From Hyphochytrium catenoides (taxonomy: Eukaryota; Protista; Hyphochytriomycota): a DNA stretch of 34,336 nucleotides. A program made the position numbers and the translations under genes. The notes beneath the pieces are model-generated. The model made no database searches, was not told the origin of the DNA, and was given only the letters and a program-made list of their open reading frames with translations. Shown in pieces: positions 11,476 through 23,300 of the stretch. Where the stretch lies: the NCBI GenBank assembly GCA_900088475.1, contig FLMG01000604.1:1-34336 (forward strand), given 5' to 3'. Each line of letters opens with the position of its first letter. The stretch's first letter is position 1.

Positions 11476-12187
11476 GGTCCCAGAAACTAGAGTCCTACCC
11501 TAACTTAGCTCTTTGACCATCCGTCCTGCGATATATAATTGACTACGCTTCAATGGCGATTTAGTAACCCTCTCTGGCCTGCCGTCTCACGGCTGCGACG
11601 AAGCAGCAACCACTTCCGAGTCAAGCTCTGATGAAGAGATTCCACCCACGCTACCCTCGGCAGCAACCCCAGTGACATTAGCTCCCGCTTGCCTTAATGG
11701 GTATGAGCAACGCAAGGGGCGTTACTCTTTTTTTTAGATCCGATCTGCGCCCTCTGTCTCCAATTCTCCACCTTCCAGGCCTCGTCCAAGACCTCCTTTC
11801 CTTCTGCTTCTGCGCACATCAGAAGCTTCCGGACACATCATGATCTTGAGGTTGAGGACGGAAGAAGCATGGAGTACCATCCCAAGCATGATGATGGTGA
11901 AGTTTTATGGAGTAATCCAGAGGTCCCCTCAGAGTTTGGTGGCATCTCAAACTGGTCTTTGTCAGTAAATGAGGGACTTCCCTTTGCATGGCTCTGTCTT
12001 GTGCTGTTGTTGACTTCTCTATTTTTATAATAATAACATCGTACCAAGGCCGTTTGTCATCATACAGCAGATATCGAAGCTCCTACTTGAAGCCTTACAA
12101 GGCCGCTTGCAGTCGGATACTACTCGAAAGGATAGATAGGATAGTGGAGACACTTCCCAGTCTGCGGCACCAATTGGCTCTCTCACG

Positions 12188-13908
12188 ATGTTCAGATTCT
12201 TGTCTGCCAGTGTTGGCCTTCTGGCCGCTCTTCTAGCGCACAATGCTGAAGCGTCGAAAACACCACCAAACGCTGTCGGCCTGGGCTTTTATAACTCCTT
12301 GGATGAGCCCGTGCAAGTTTTTTGGCAAAAAGCCAGTGGCAATGAAGTCCTGACAATGCAAGTTGATCCTAAGGACAACAGGTGGACACAAGGCTACGTC
12401 ACCCATACATTTTTGGCCAGAACAATGCCGGATGTCGGAGGGCGTCTAGTCGGTAGATTCACTGCTACGGTGGGACTTTTTCTCTTTGGGATCATGTTTA
12501 TTTATAGAACTGCTGCGTATCTGACAGAGTTTGCCTCTCTGCTGGAGGGTTTCTTTCCCATCGCTGTTAACTAAGCCTAGTCTTCCTGTCTGCAATTCTA
12601 TGGCCTGGTCCACAGTCCGTGAACGTCAACTTAAACGCTTGAAACGTCCGTCTGTTACGTAGAATGAAGAGATCTTTCTTATCGAAGACCCTGCGATCAA
12701 GGGGGCCTGCAAACGTGCAGAACATGGGGCATGTGAGGGGTGGGAGCCGGAGAAGGAAGTGAGCGAGGCATTACAAAGGTGAGAGGAGGCAGCTACCCAA
12801 GCCATGGACGAAGGGAGTAATATATCTGCGGAAATATAATTACGTGATGATGAGCAGACAGAGGGACATCGTTGACGCATCGCGGTTAAGCCTTAACGAG
12901 AACCAACCTCCGAAGGTCCCCCGATTCACCCCTATCGGGTTCGAGAAGAGGAAGATTCCGGATGAGCTATGGAAGCAAATTAAGGCTTACTACACGCACA
13001 ACCGCGACCGCATGGTCCTCGAGTATTGGTCGCCAGAGAATGTCTACGTCAATCACTACGAGGCGGCCACGTACATGATATATCTGCCCGCCACAGGTGA
13101 GAGGATGGAGTCCCGAGCTCGCGCTGTCCTGAAAGGATACCGCCTGGAAAACGCTTCCGACAACTCAGACGAAGATAACTGCCTCTTTTGATTGCAATCA
13201 GGTCATGTACAAGAAGCCATTAAAGAGACAATGGGGAAGATCATTTCGGAATGGATTGGTAAGGGGTCCATTATATGGGCCAGCTCTGTTTTGCTTATCT
13301 CCATCGTTGGGCAGCACCTCTCTCCTACGCACCTGGCCGGCCAAGATGTGGTCCTTCATGACAGTACCTAAATGTTTGATATCTTCACTCACCGCTTGCT
13401 TCTCAGGCGTGAAGGAGCTGGAGATGACAGCTCTGTATGGCATTAGATTGTATACTCGAGGAAGCATTCTTCGGAACCATGTGGACCGCCTTGCTACACA
13501 TGCCGCTTCGGCCATCATCAACGTGGACCAGGACGTAGACAGTGAATGGCCGCTTGAGATTTTTGATCATAAGGGAACGAAGCATGAAATATTCATCAAA
13601 CCAGGAGAAATGGTACAGTTATCATCCCTTAGTGCTGCCTAAGAACGCTTTGAGTGTCTTTGTAAATGTTTGGCATGTGGCCAGAAGGTCTTAAAGTACC
13701 TAGTCCTCTATTCAATGGGTTCCAATGCATTGCTCTCGTGAGAATCAAAGATACCTTGCGAAAAAGCTCATTGTCGTTCTGTCAGGTCCTCTATGAAAGC
13801 GCCAGTGCCATTCACGGTCGGCCCACGCCGTTTGACGGTAAATACTTCGCGAACATATTTTGCCACTTCAGACCCCAGGATGAGGCGCTTTGGCCCTGGA
13901 GAGACTGA
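12188..13908 (+). CDS. Signal-peptide-bearing 2OG-Fe(II) oxygenase (prolyl 4-hydroxylase-like) with N-terminal VHL-beta-like module, 6 exons
   Basis: Signal peptide MFRFLSASVGLLAALLAHNAEA; FYNSLDEPVQVFW..GYVTHTFLAR; PRFTPIGFEK; YGIRLYTRGSILRNHVDR (HxD); SAIINVDQD..WPLEI; PGEMVLYESASAIHGRP (distal His); ANIFCHFRP. TGA stop. Confidence 0.82.
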
Positions 13909-14346
13909 AACTCCACGAGATGTCTTCGCCACCAGAGTCTAGAGCTGTCTCATGGCGGTTACTATTAAGTTGAGAGCTGATCATAAGTGTCCTATGTCAT
14001 CGAGCTACTATTCATTGAAGATAGTGAGAATAACGATTGGCTAATAGAGATCTATTATATGGACAGCGCGACTCCTGCCTCAGCTGTAGCATCTTGGCAC
14101 TGGGAGCTAACACATATTCTTGCTTTGACTTCCCTTCTTCTGTTGAAGACCATCATGAGGTGCGAGACTTATAAATTGGCCCGGCCACTTATGGGCTCTT
14201 GGTTGGGTCACTCTACCTTTCGAATCTACTCTTTATCGTGCTACAAACCCGGCGCGAGCCTTCTTTTGCTCTAAAGACCTGTCCCCCCTTGGAAGCTTTC
14301 AATCTGAGGTAATATAGCTTTCTAACTGGTTGCCACGCAAATCGTG

Positions 14347-17300
14347 TTAGCTCTGAGGAGGTATGTTTGATCTGCGCCTTTCCGTCTCTTCGATTGTTTG
14401 CAGAAATCTCCCATACCGGAACCTGCTCTCATCCTTCACATCTCCGAAACGTAGCAGAAGGCGATCAAGCTCTTCCTCAGAAACTTGTTCGAACACCTGC
14501 AGGGAGAGATGTTAGCTAACGTATTCCTCTTTTGCGCTCCCACCGCCATTTTTCTAGGTGATCTTGAGAGCCGTCTTTATCTCCACCATCCCCAAAAGTT
14601 GAAGTACAGACCTCGCTCCACAGTCTCATTAACTTCTTCTTCGAGATGGTACCCTTCTCGGACGTGTCTAGTTCTTCAAACCGTGCCCGCAACTTTTTCA
14701 AAGAGGTCTTAGCCGTGACAAGATGAAAGACCTGTTGCATGACGAGGTGAGGAAGGGTTACAACGGGCAGATTAGGGACCCTTCTCCAGGGATAAGGCGA
14801 GGGCGGACAGAGCAAGACTAATCGTAACGTCCTGGGAACCCACGAGAGAATAATTTTCGAACTGCATCCTCTGAACAAAGCTTAACACATAAGAAAAAGG
14901 AAATGAGACAAGTTACTCTGTGGGTACCTTGTTTACCAACTCGCTGTGGTTAGCGTCGGTGACAAATAACCTGAAGTCTAAGAAATGGTGACCTTAGTTT
15001 TCCTGGAGCTCAGGAACAAACAATTCGAGGACAATGCGGAAGGCCCCTACCGGCAATTGTAATGAAGCCTTTATGTCCTACATCTACAAGGTCGAATAGA
15101 TACTTCACATCAACCGGAGGCATGTCAAAGCCTAGACGGCCCAGCCTGCAGGTGAAACCGTTCCTCGATGTCAATCCAAAAGCCATGTCTCTTCAATAAA
15201 CAAACAGCCCTCTCTTCCTCACCCGTAGTCCCACTCATCGGGAGTGATTTGCCCGGAATGTGAGCGGTTGAAGTGGAAAAAGGGCTTCTCTAGCTTTTCC
15301 TTCTCCCTGTAGAGCTCTCCTGCCCGTCTTCGTATCATACCACGTAAACGTTCCTCAGCCTGTTGCGGAAAGAACGCATGAAGACTAAGTCAACTTAAGA
15401 CTGTCGTAAAAGTGAAGTGATGGCTCACGGAGACTGTCAGAAAGGAGCCAAGGCCTGCCCCATAAGGCCCTGAAGCCAATGAACCTGTTTTTGGTTATAT
15501 GCGGTTCCTTCGTACCTTCCATATGGTGGGAGAAACGCCTAACGGCAGGCTCTCTCTGGGCCTGGCGGTATGTAGTAGAGCAGTGTAATCCACTCGCCCA
15601 TCACCGTGCAGATCGAAGCTCTCCTCAATTTCTCTCTGGTCCTCAGAATCCAGTCGGGTAGAACCGTGTTCTTGCAGCCTCAGCAGAGAGCGGCGGAACT
15701 CAGGTCGAGGAATGACTCCCTTCCCGGAGAGATTAAGGTGATCAGCATAAGGGTCATTGTCCTTTTCGGTAAGCTGGCTCCTTCCTTGTAACTGACCCGT
15801 TTTCCCACTGCTCTATGTTCTTCGAGCTTATATTAGATTATGCCTCTATTTAGCTTACCTCGTGGTCCTGATCCATGCCTTCGAAGACCGCCCGGTAGTC
15901 GACACCTTGCATCAGGTTCTCGGCTAGCAGCTTCCGGAGTTTGGCTAGCGTCCCACCTCGCAACGGCGTTCTCCATTCAGCTTTTTCCCCTCTCCCAGCT
16001 GTTGCCATTGCGTCGCGGTTCGCTTCAGCCACAGCCTGGACATTTCCCATGGCTCTCAGCTGCAACAAGGCAGCATAATTTACTGTTTCCTGCCCTGTGA
16101 GCAGAAGGGTCAGCCTCGTAGCAGACCTACTCTGCTCACAACTAGTGCTTCTTCGTACCTGGAAGGGTATAGCACTCCATCAGAGCTCTCCTTTCCTCTC
16201 TGTTCAGCGGCAACTTCAAGACCTCCAGCGCATGTATGAAGTTGCTTCGAGAGGTTGTACCGCCGTTATTAGGATCATTCAGGAGAAATTCTGATCGCCA
16301 ATCCTCCAGCACCTAGCAGAAGAAAGAGAAAGATCAGCACTCAAGCGAGAGAGACACCCGTTTAAGTTACTGGGTGGAGGCACTCCCAAAAAGAGGTTCA
16401 TGATGTATGGTAACCTTAAGCTAAGTTTAGGTATGTGAGGAAGCGCTCGCCGGTGTCAAAGGTGCTAGATTCGCGCACCGGCTACAATGAAGATATGCTG
16501 ACATTAAGACAGGACTCAGGCATACCTCTGTCACAGTCCTTTCCGTCACCTCCGCAGCGCTTTGCGCCACTGATCTCAGCCTCAACTCGATCTCCGTCAC
16601 GTCAACCTGTAGTGCAACCCATGTGGGCCGCGATATAGGTTGTAGTTTGAGACCATCAGTGACATAACGCAATTGGACGACGAGGTCATCTCCAAGGGCA
16701 ACTCTATGCAAAGACCCGAACATTCGCTTACCTTTGGTGGAGACAGCCATGCGAGTGCCTCCCTATAAAGCACCAAGTAATCGCCACTGTCGCTTCCTTT
16801 GGATTTGAAGTGTTCGCCCAAAATCCGGACCTGTAGCAGCAGGCAATGGTCAGATGTTGAACGCTTTAATTGGGACGGTAGCAGCAAGTAATGCAGATTA
16901 GACCCAGAGGTTCTATCGCCCATACTCGAGCTGCGCCCTAATATAGCAGTGAGCCTGTCATCATCCCAATATCTTCCACGACTTTATCATTTCTGCCAGG
17001 ACAAGCAATGGCAGAACACTTTATGATTCTTCCCTCATCGAATGAACAGGCTTGTTTTCTCTTTCTGGTGCTAAGCTTACGTTTTTAGAAGAGAAGGGAT
17101 AGCCCACCAACTGCATTGCCTTCATGAAAGAAGACAGGGGAATAGTTTCTTCGCTCTTTGTGTCATAACGTTGGAAGTGTGCAGCAATGTCTTCCAAGTC
17201 TGAGGCGGGGAAATAGCACAGGGTAAACCGGGAGGTTATTAAGTGTGGCGAAAGCTCTAACTGCAGAGTTGACATCAATGATAGAGGTATTAAACCTATC

Positions 17301-20300
17301 GCTTGTGGTGTATGGAAGACTGGATTTCAGAATTGTGTCTCAGGGTCCTTTGATCTCCCAACTACCCCTTCCCCATCTTCTACGTACCGGTGCTTCTCGC
17401 CGAGTTCCAAGCTAGTTGTTGCAGACTATCAAGGTCCAGGGAGAGGTCCTGGTTATCCAAGGCAGACAGCTGCGATGGTAGCTCCGCCAATGCCTGTTAC
17501 GGTGAGCAAGGAACTCAATTGAATGGGCAAATAGAATAAATGGAGATCAAGGTTTTGGCTTCATATTTAGATCCCGAGCATTCTTCTAGTAGACAAGAAA
17601 GCGGAGCGGAGCAATCAACTCTACCTGGCTGAGCAGCTGGTAATCAACCAAAGACGAAAGAGAAGAGTCTCTCCGATTCCGTTGGTTGAAGTTTGCGCAA
17701 AAGAATGAAAGATCCGCGGGATTCAAGGGACTCCCAAAGTGTCTTAACGCCTAAAGAGGAACCACGAGGCATTCAACTCTGAATGTCACCTCTCACCACA
17801 CCATTCTCTGTCCTCACAGAACCTTTCCCAATCTTGATTATCACACCTTAGAGACTATTCCTATCCTCCCGCATGTTCCCCAGATCTCTACAACCCTAAA
17901 ACACTCACCTCTGTTAGCTCCTCCTCAGTCAATCTGCCGTCCAAGTCTTTATCACTTTGGGCAAGCAGATTCTACAACGACCACGGATAAATTAGTATGG
18001 AAGCAATCAGGGGCAGCCAGGGCGTGACAGTAGCTCAAATGGAGGACACAAACAGCAAGTGCGGAGCGTAGTGGTGCGCAGAGCTTGGACCTTCCAACAG
18101 ATGATAGCAAGGATATGCGCTCCTACCAGTACGGGAAGGCCTCTTCTTCTTCCCTCCTCGATGCTCCTTCTCAGAGCAACACTTAGGCGCCGTAGGCGCA
18201 CTGCGTTAGGGTTGAAGAGCGCGGCTGCTAAGAACCAGCGGTACTTGAAGGCTCCGCTTCCCGTAGGATCAAAGACCTCAAATAGAAGACTGCGGGTTCC
18301 TTAGTGACTAGATCCCTGCCTTCCCCTTTACCACTTCCTAAGTTGCAGCTGGCACCTTCGACTATCATGGGATTGGCCATTCCCCTCTTTTTCTTTGTTA
18401 AATCCCCAACCTGGAGCTTTGCGCAGGTCGCGTTCCAGTATAGCTGACGTTCCTACGTACCGGGCACTGGTTTCCGAGAGTTCTATGTTCAATTGGTGCA
18501 GAGCCTTGGCGAAGGAAAGGAACGAAAGCCACCCTTTGCTTTCACCGTCAAAACTCTCAAACACGCGGAAGTCAGAGGCCTGCCAGATGCAAGAATTAGT
18601 AAACTTTCCACCATTAATTATAACCCTATCTCTATAGTTTCACTATATATTGAGTTAGACTTTAGGAGGTTCCTCGACTTTGGCTTTTCATTGGGCGAGG
18701 TTGGTTCTTCCCTACTTTCGCCTCTCTCTCCTAATGGAAGTGCTGCGGCTACTGCCAGACTAAATTCCCTGAACTTGGCCCTTGCCTCCTTCAGGCATCA
18801 TAACCACTCCTTCTATTCCCTTCGCACCTGAATGCATAGCCCACCGAGAACTTTGCCGCAAGGTAGCATCGACGTCGGCCTTTTGGCCATAAACTTCAGC
18901 ACTGCGCGCCAATCCACCAGATGCGGAGAGTCTGTAGCTGAGAAGTCCTCCATTAGAGCTAGAAGCTGAGGAGGAGCTAATGCCATGTTTGGGACCTGGA
19001 GGCGTAATGGATTTCATGACAATAATAATTAAGAAAGGCTTGGAGCTGACCCATAGGGGCCCACATAAGTCACATTATAATAGAGGAACGTTATGCATAC
19101 GGACATGCAGACAGATAGACGGACGCCCATAGAGCAAAAGAGTTCATGTCTCGGATACCCTCGAGCCTACAGGAGCTATACTGGGAAAAGGAAGAGACAA
19201 CATCTAACACACAAAGAGCATTCACAATAGGCTTGCCTTAGTAAGTGCGAAAGCGAATTGCTTTCGACCGAGCTTTCCAATCCCTTCCCTATCTAGCTGC
19301 TGTAGAGGCTCCCTAAGGGCCTCCAAGGAAGACGCCGTCAACGGAAAACCCAAGGCTGCCTGTATCGCCTCCTCTGCCTCCACTAGAGACGCCCGCGAAG
19401 GAGTTTGGAACTCTTCGTGACATGGATCCTGCAATAATAAGGTACGTCGGTGCCCCACTTCCAAAAGAAAGAGTCTGGGGGAAAGGCATAAGCCATGGGG
19501 TGATGGAACGGCGGCAACGGTAAAGCAGACAAACTCCTCACTCATCACGTTGAATCAGTGACGTCTATGAAATCAAACTCCTATTCTGCAGAGACTAAAA
19601 GGAAAGCTGATTTAGGATCACATACCGGAGTAGCGTCGTTTGTGACAATTGAAGGATGACGAGATGGCTCAACAGGGTTGCTCTCCAGAGCTTTTGATGG
19701 CGGCGGCTGGGGCGTTCTGGAGAGTAGGAGAGTATTAGGGCAAGGTCTTCAAACCTTTTATGTACTTTCATTCCCGTCTTCTGCTACCGTCTCATTGTGA
19801 GTCAGAGTTAAGTGTGCCTGCCATCCCTCCTTCTGACTCTCTTTTCATTTAAACTTCTTTCTTCATTCAGCTCCAGGTCCCGTCTGTTCTTAAAGCAGAT
19901 GAAGCTGCCTTATACCTTTCTCTGGGCGGCAGTATCGTTACCGCCGTAAGCTCAGCGGGAAGAGAGTATTTGGAGCGACTCAAGTCCTTCAGTTTGTCCT
20001 CGAAGACTTTCTTTCTTTGTTCATACTCTTCGCGGGCTCTTGAAACAGAGCTCTCCTGAGAGCGATCTTTTAAAGGTAACGTTCAGCATACGTGATAATC
20101 ACTGTCAGCTGCAGCTTCAGAAATCTCGGGGTGTTGTAGTACGGAAGGATTTGATGACCTTTGCTGATTGGTGCTCACAACAGAAGTATTGAGACAGGAG
20201 AAAATAGACACAATGGCTACTACCTGGCCGTCTTTCGACAAGTTCAGCATCCCCGTCTTCTCCAATCGCGTCTTGAGACAGTTGTTCGGCTGAATCCATG

Positions 20301-23300
20301 GCAGCCGGCTTTGAAGAGCCTGGCGATAAGGTTATATTGATGGCATTGACGCGTTAGTATAGAGGAAATGAGCAGTTGCAGGACATTGACTGATGATCAA
20401 AAGGGAAAGTCCTAGCTAGATATCGGTTGCTCGGTAGAAGTGCAAGGGAGACTTGCAGAAACGTGGTAAACAAGTAACAAAGTCAATACCTTTAGCCTCT
20501 CTGCATGCAGGATGATCTTCTTGAAGTTTATGGATTTCTTTCACCTTCTTCGGCTTCATGTCCCCGTCTTTGGCCGACGCTTGTGAGCTTTTGTCTTTCT
20601 CTACCGTTGTGTTCTCATCCTCCTGAGGCACCTTTCTCACTTTGATTCCCACATTCTCAAGAACTGTATGGAACAGGTCACCAGCAACTAGCCCACGGCC
20701 TTCTTCATCGAGTTTACTAAAGATTTCGGAAGGCTTACTTCCAATTTCCATCATCTGACGATTGCAGAGTACGTAGCGTATGTTGAACGTACAGGAGAGA
20801 ATGACGAGATCGAAGAGTTGAAACAAGCAGACGTCAGATCAGTGATCGCCAAGGCCTAGCTATGGTAAGCTTCAGTCTAACCATTCTCCGGAGCTTCTTT
20901 TCTAGCTGTAGGAGCTGGTAAGGGGGCCGCACAAGGGACAAGTTAAGCTCCAACAGCGTCATTGGTCTCTTCCCTTTGTCCGTAAAATATCCAGTGTAGA
21001 GCTGTAGTGGTAGTTACGGAAAGAGGGGTGAAGCAACTCAGTGAGGAAGTCTAGCAAGCTTAGCGGTGGGTTGCATAGGTAAATGCATACCTCTAACTCC
21101 GCGTCGGTTATGGGCGCTTGAAGCTTCATGATAACCTTTTGTGCCTCTTCCATGCTAAGGGCAAGGAAGTCCATTTGCACTCCGGCGTCGAGAGCTTCAT
21201 CCTTTCCTGCACCCCTTTTTCTACCCCTCACGCTCTCTGCAGCCTCCTGGAGATCTCTCCTCTCCAATCTCTGCTGTTTGCAGAAATCTCTCAGTCTCTC
21301 TTCGACCTTCTGCACGTCGGATGGCAACTGGGTGTACTTGAGGAATGCTCTATGATCGCAAAGCCGAGAAAGCAAGGAAACGTTATTCATCAGCAGCAAA
21401 GGAGCCACGAGGAGGTTATAGTTATCCAGCAGGCCAGTGGCTTCAGTAATGCATGGGTCTCCGTCACCCCAACCCTTGCCATGCCAATCTCTACACATTT
21501 AGTCTTTCTTAAGGTGCATCATTTCTTACCTGTAGTGGAACTTGGTTCCGCCAAACGTTTTGATGAGGTGTTCAACCTGATCTGTCTCCAAGGTGTGAGG
21601 GGATAAATAAATGGCCTCCTTATGTACCCTTAGGGGATTCAGCCATTGTAACCTAGCTCGAATGTGGCCCACCGACCTATCTTTGGCATCCAGAACTGGA
21701 AATAGTCCGCTGATTGTTTGCCCTGAAGTTGAAATTGTAGCAAGGGCAAGGGTAAGAAGGACTTGCAATCATGTTACGGAGCTCTGCACTCTCGTCCTAA
21801 CATCTTCCACTGGTTCCTATCTTTCTTGTTCGCTGTGTATGCTGTCCTTGTCGCCTGAGTACCTTCAGCCAGGTCTGCAGTGGGAACAGTCGCCATTCCG
21901 ATAAGGCCTGGAACTCCGTTTTCATAGTCGTCATCATCATCGTCGTCGAAGACTGCGGCGGAGACATATAAGGCTAGGAACCACTTGGCAAGGGAATCCA
22001 TATGGAACTATCTTTTCTAATTTTGTATCGTCAATCTCTGCATAGGTGTCTTTAAGCCGCGGCCTCCTCTACTCCATCGCAGCCCCCATCCAAGAACTAG
22101 CTAGCATACATGGCTCTTCATCTAGACCTACCCGAGAGAATTAGTTTATAGGTTCCTAAGAATTGAAGGAGCTTGTGGTCTGCGTGGAGAGAGAAACAGT
22201 GCGAGCTGCTTGGACCATGAAATAGCGGATCGGCAGTGTCCTCCATAACTTCTGTGAAAGAATCTGGGAAGGACAGAAGCTGGAAGTGGACGTATGGAGA
22301 AGGAATAGAGCCGTGCCGAGTCTGTAGACCCTCACAGCCCTCAATTGTCACCTAAGGGTAAAAGCGGATGCAAGATAGCCGTTGAGTGCTGAACGAGTGG
22401 TGGAGATACAGAAGAGGGGACTACAGATTGACGGAGGATGTGCAACCAACCCAGGATGGAGGCAAGTCAATTCCATAGAAAATATGAAAGAGCCGTGATG
22501 ACATTGAATGAAATGGGTTCGTGAATCGACGAGAGGAACAAGCGAGCGTTCTCATAGACAAAGTGCCAAGATAGGAAAACGAGGTTTCAACCTGTAGTTG
22601 ATTAACTTCTAGCGCTCTCTGGACTTCCTCCTCCAAATTGTTCTTTTTCTGGCGGGCGGCCTCCAACAACGCAGTGTCCTAGAAAAGCCACATTGACCAT
22701 ATTAAGCGGACAAGCAAATGAAGTAGAAAATTGCCTCAACTTAACTTTAAAGAGGAGCGCTAACGATCGGTATATAGAATAATCAACACGCATCACGTCT
22801 TACGGAGAGAGAATGAGGGCATTGATAGAAAGTTTGAGAGACCTGCGGGAAACTCCTGATGTGTCTTCTCCACCGGTCTCGTAAGGGCTGGGCGACTTTG
22901 ACTTGAAGACTGAGGGTGCCGGCCTGGGAACCGTCTTTCACACTCAGAAGCGGACAGCGCGGTCGAGATAGTGGGCCAACAGCACTCAGAAGAGGGTAAA
23001 GTGGCAGTGAGCACTTCGCTATCAGCTTGTAGTCGCCCTTTGAAATCCATATCAGAGGTGGGGGATGTTAGAGAGAAAGGAGGCAGCTAGGAATAGGGGC
23101 GACGACTGAATCCAGCGCTCGATTCCATGCTTCTTCGCCATGTATTCGCACCGCCAAGCATTAGGCTCCACAGCCAAGCCCTCTTTAGGGACTGATCTAT
23201 TATCAAAGTGGTCCACTGTACCTCCTTTCACGCAACTTCTTCCCGCTCACCCACCTGAAACGTTTCGTTGAGCTCAAACACGGCTGGCTCTGTAATGAGA

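Noticed and set aside
21118-21606. Plus-strand ORFs inside the large minus gene (also 23643-23972, 24028-24324, 18493-18831 and others)
   Set aside because: Antisense shadows of coiled-coil or EF-hand exons with no recognisable motifs.
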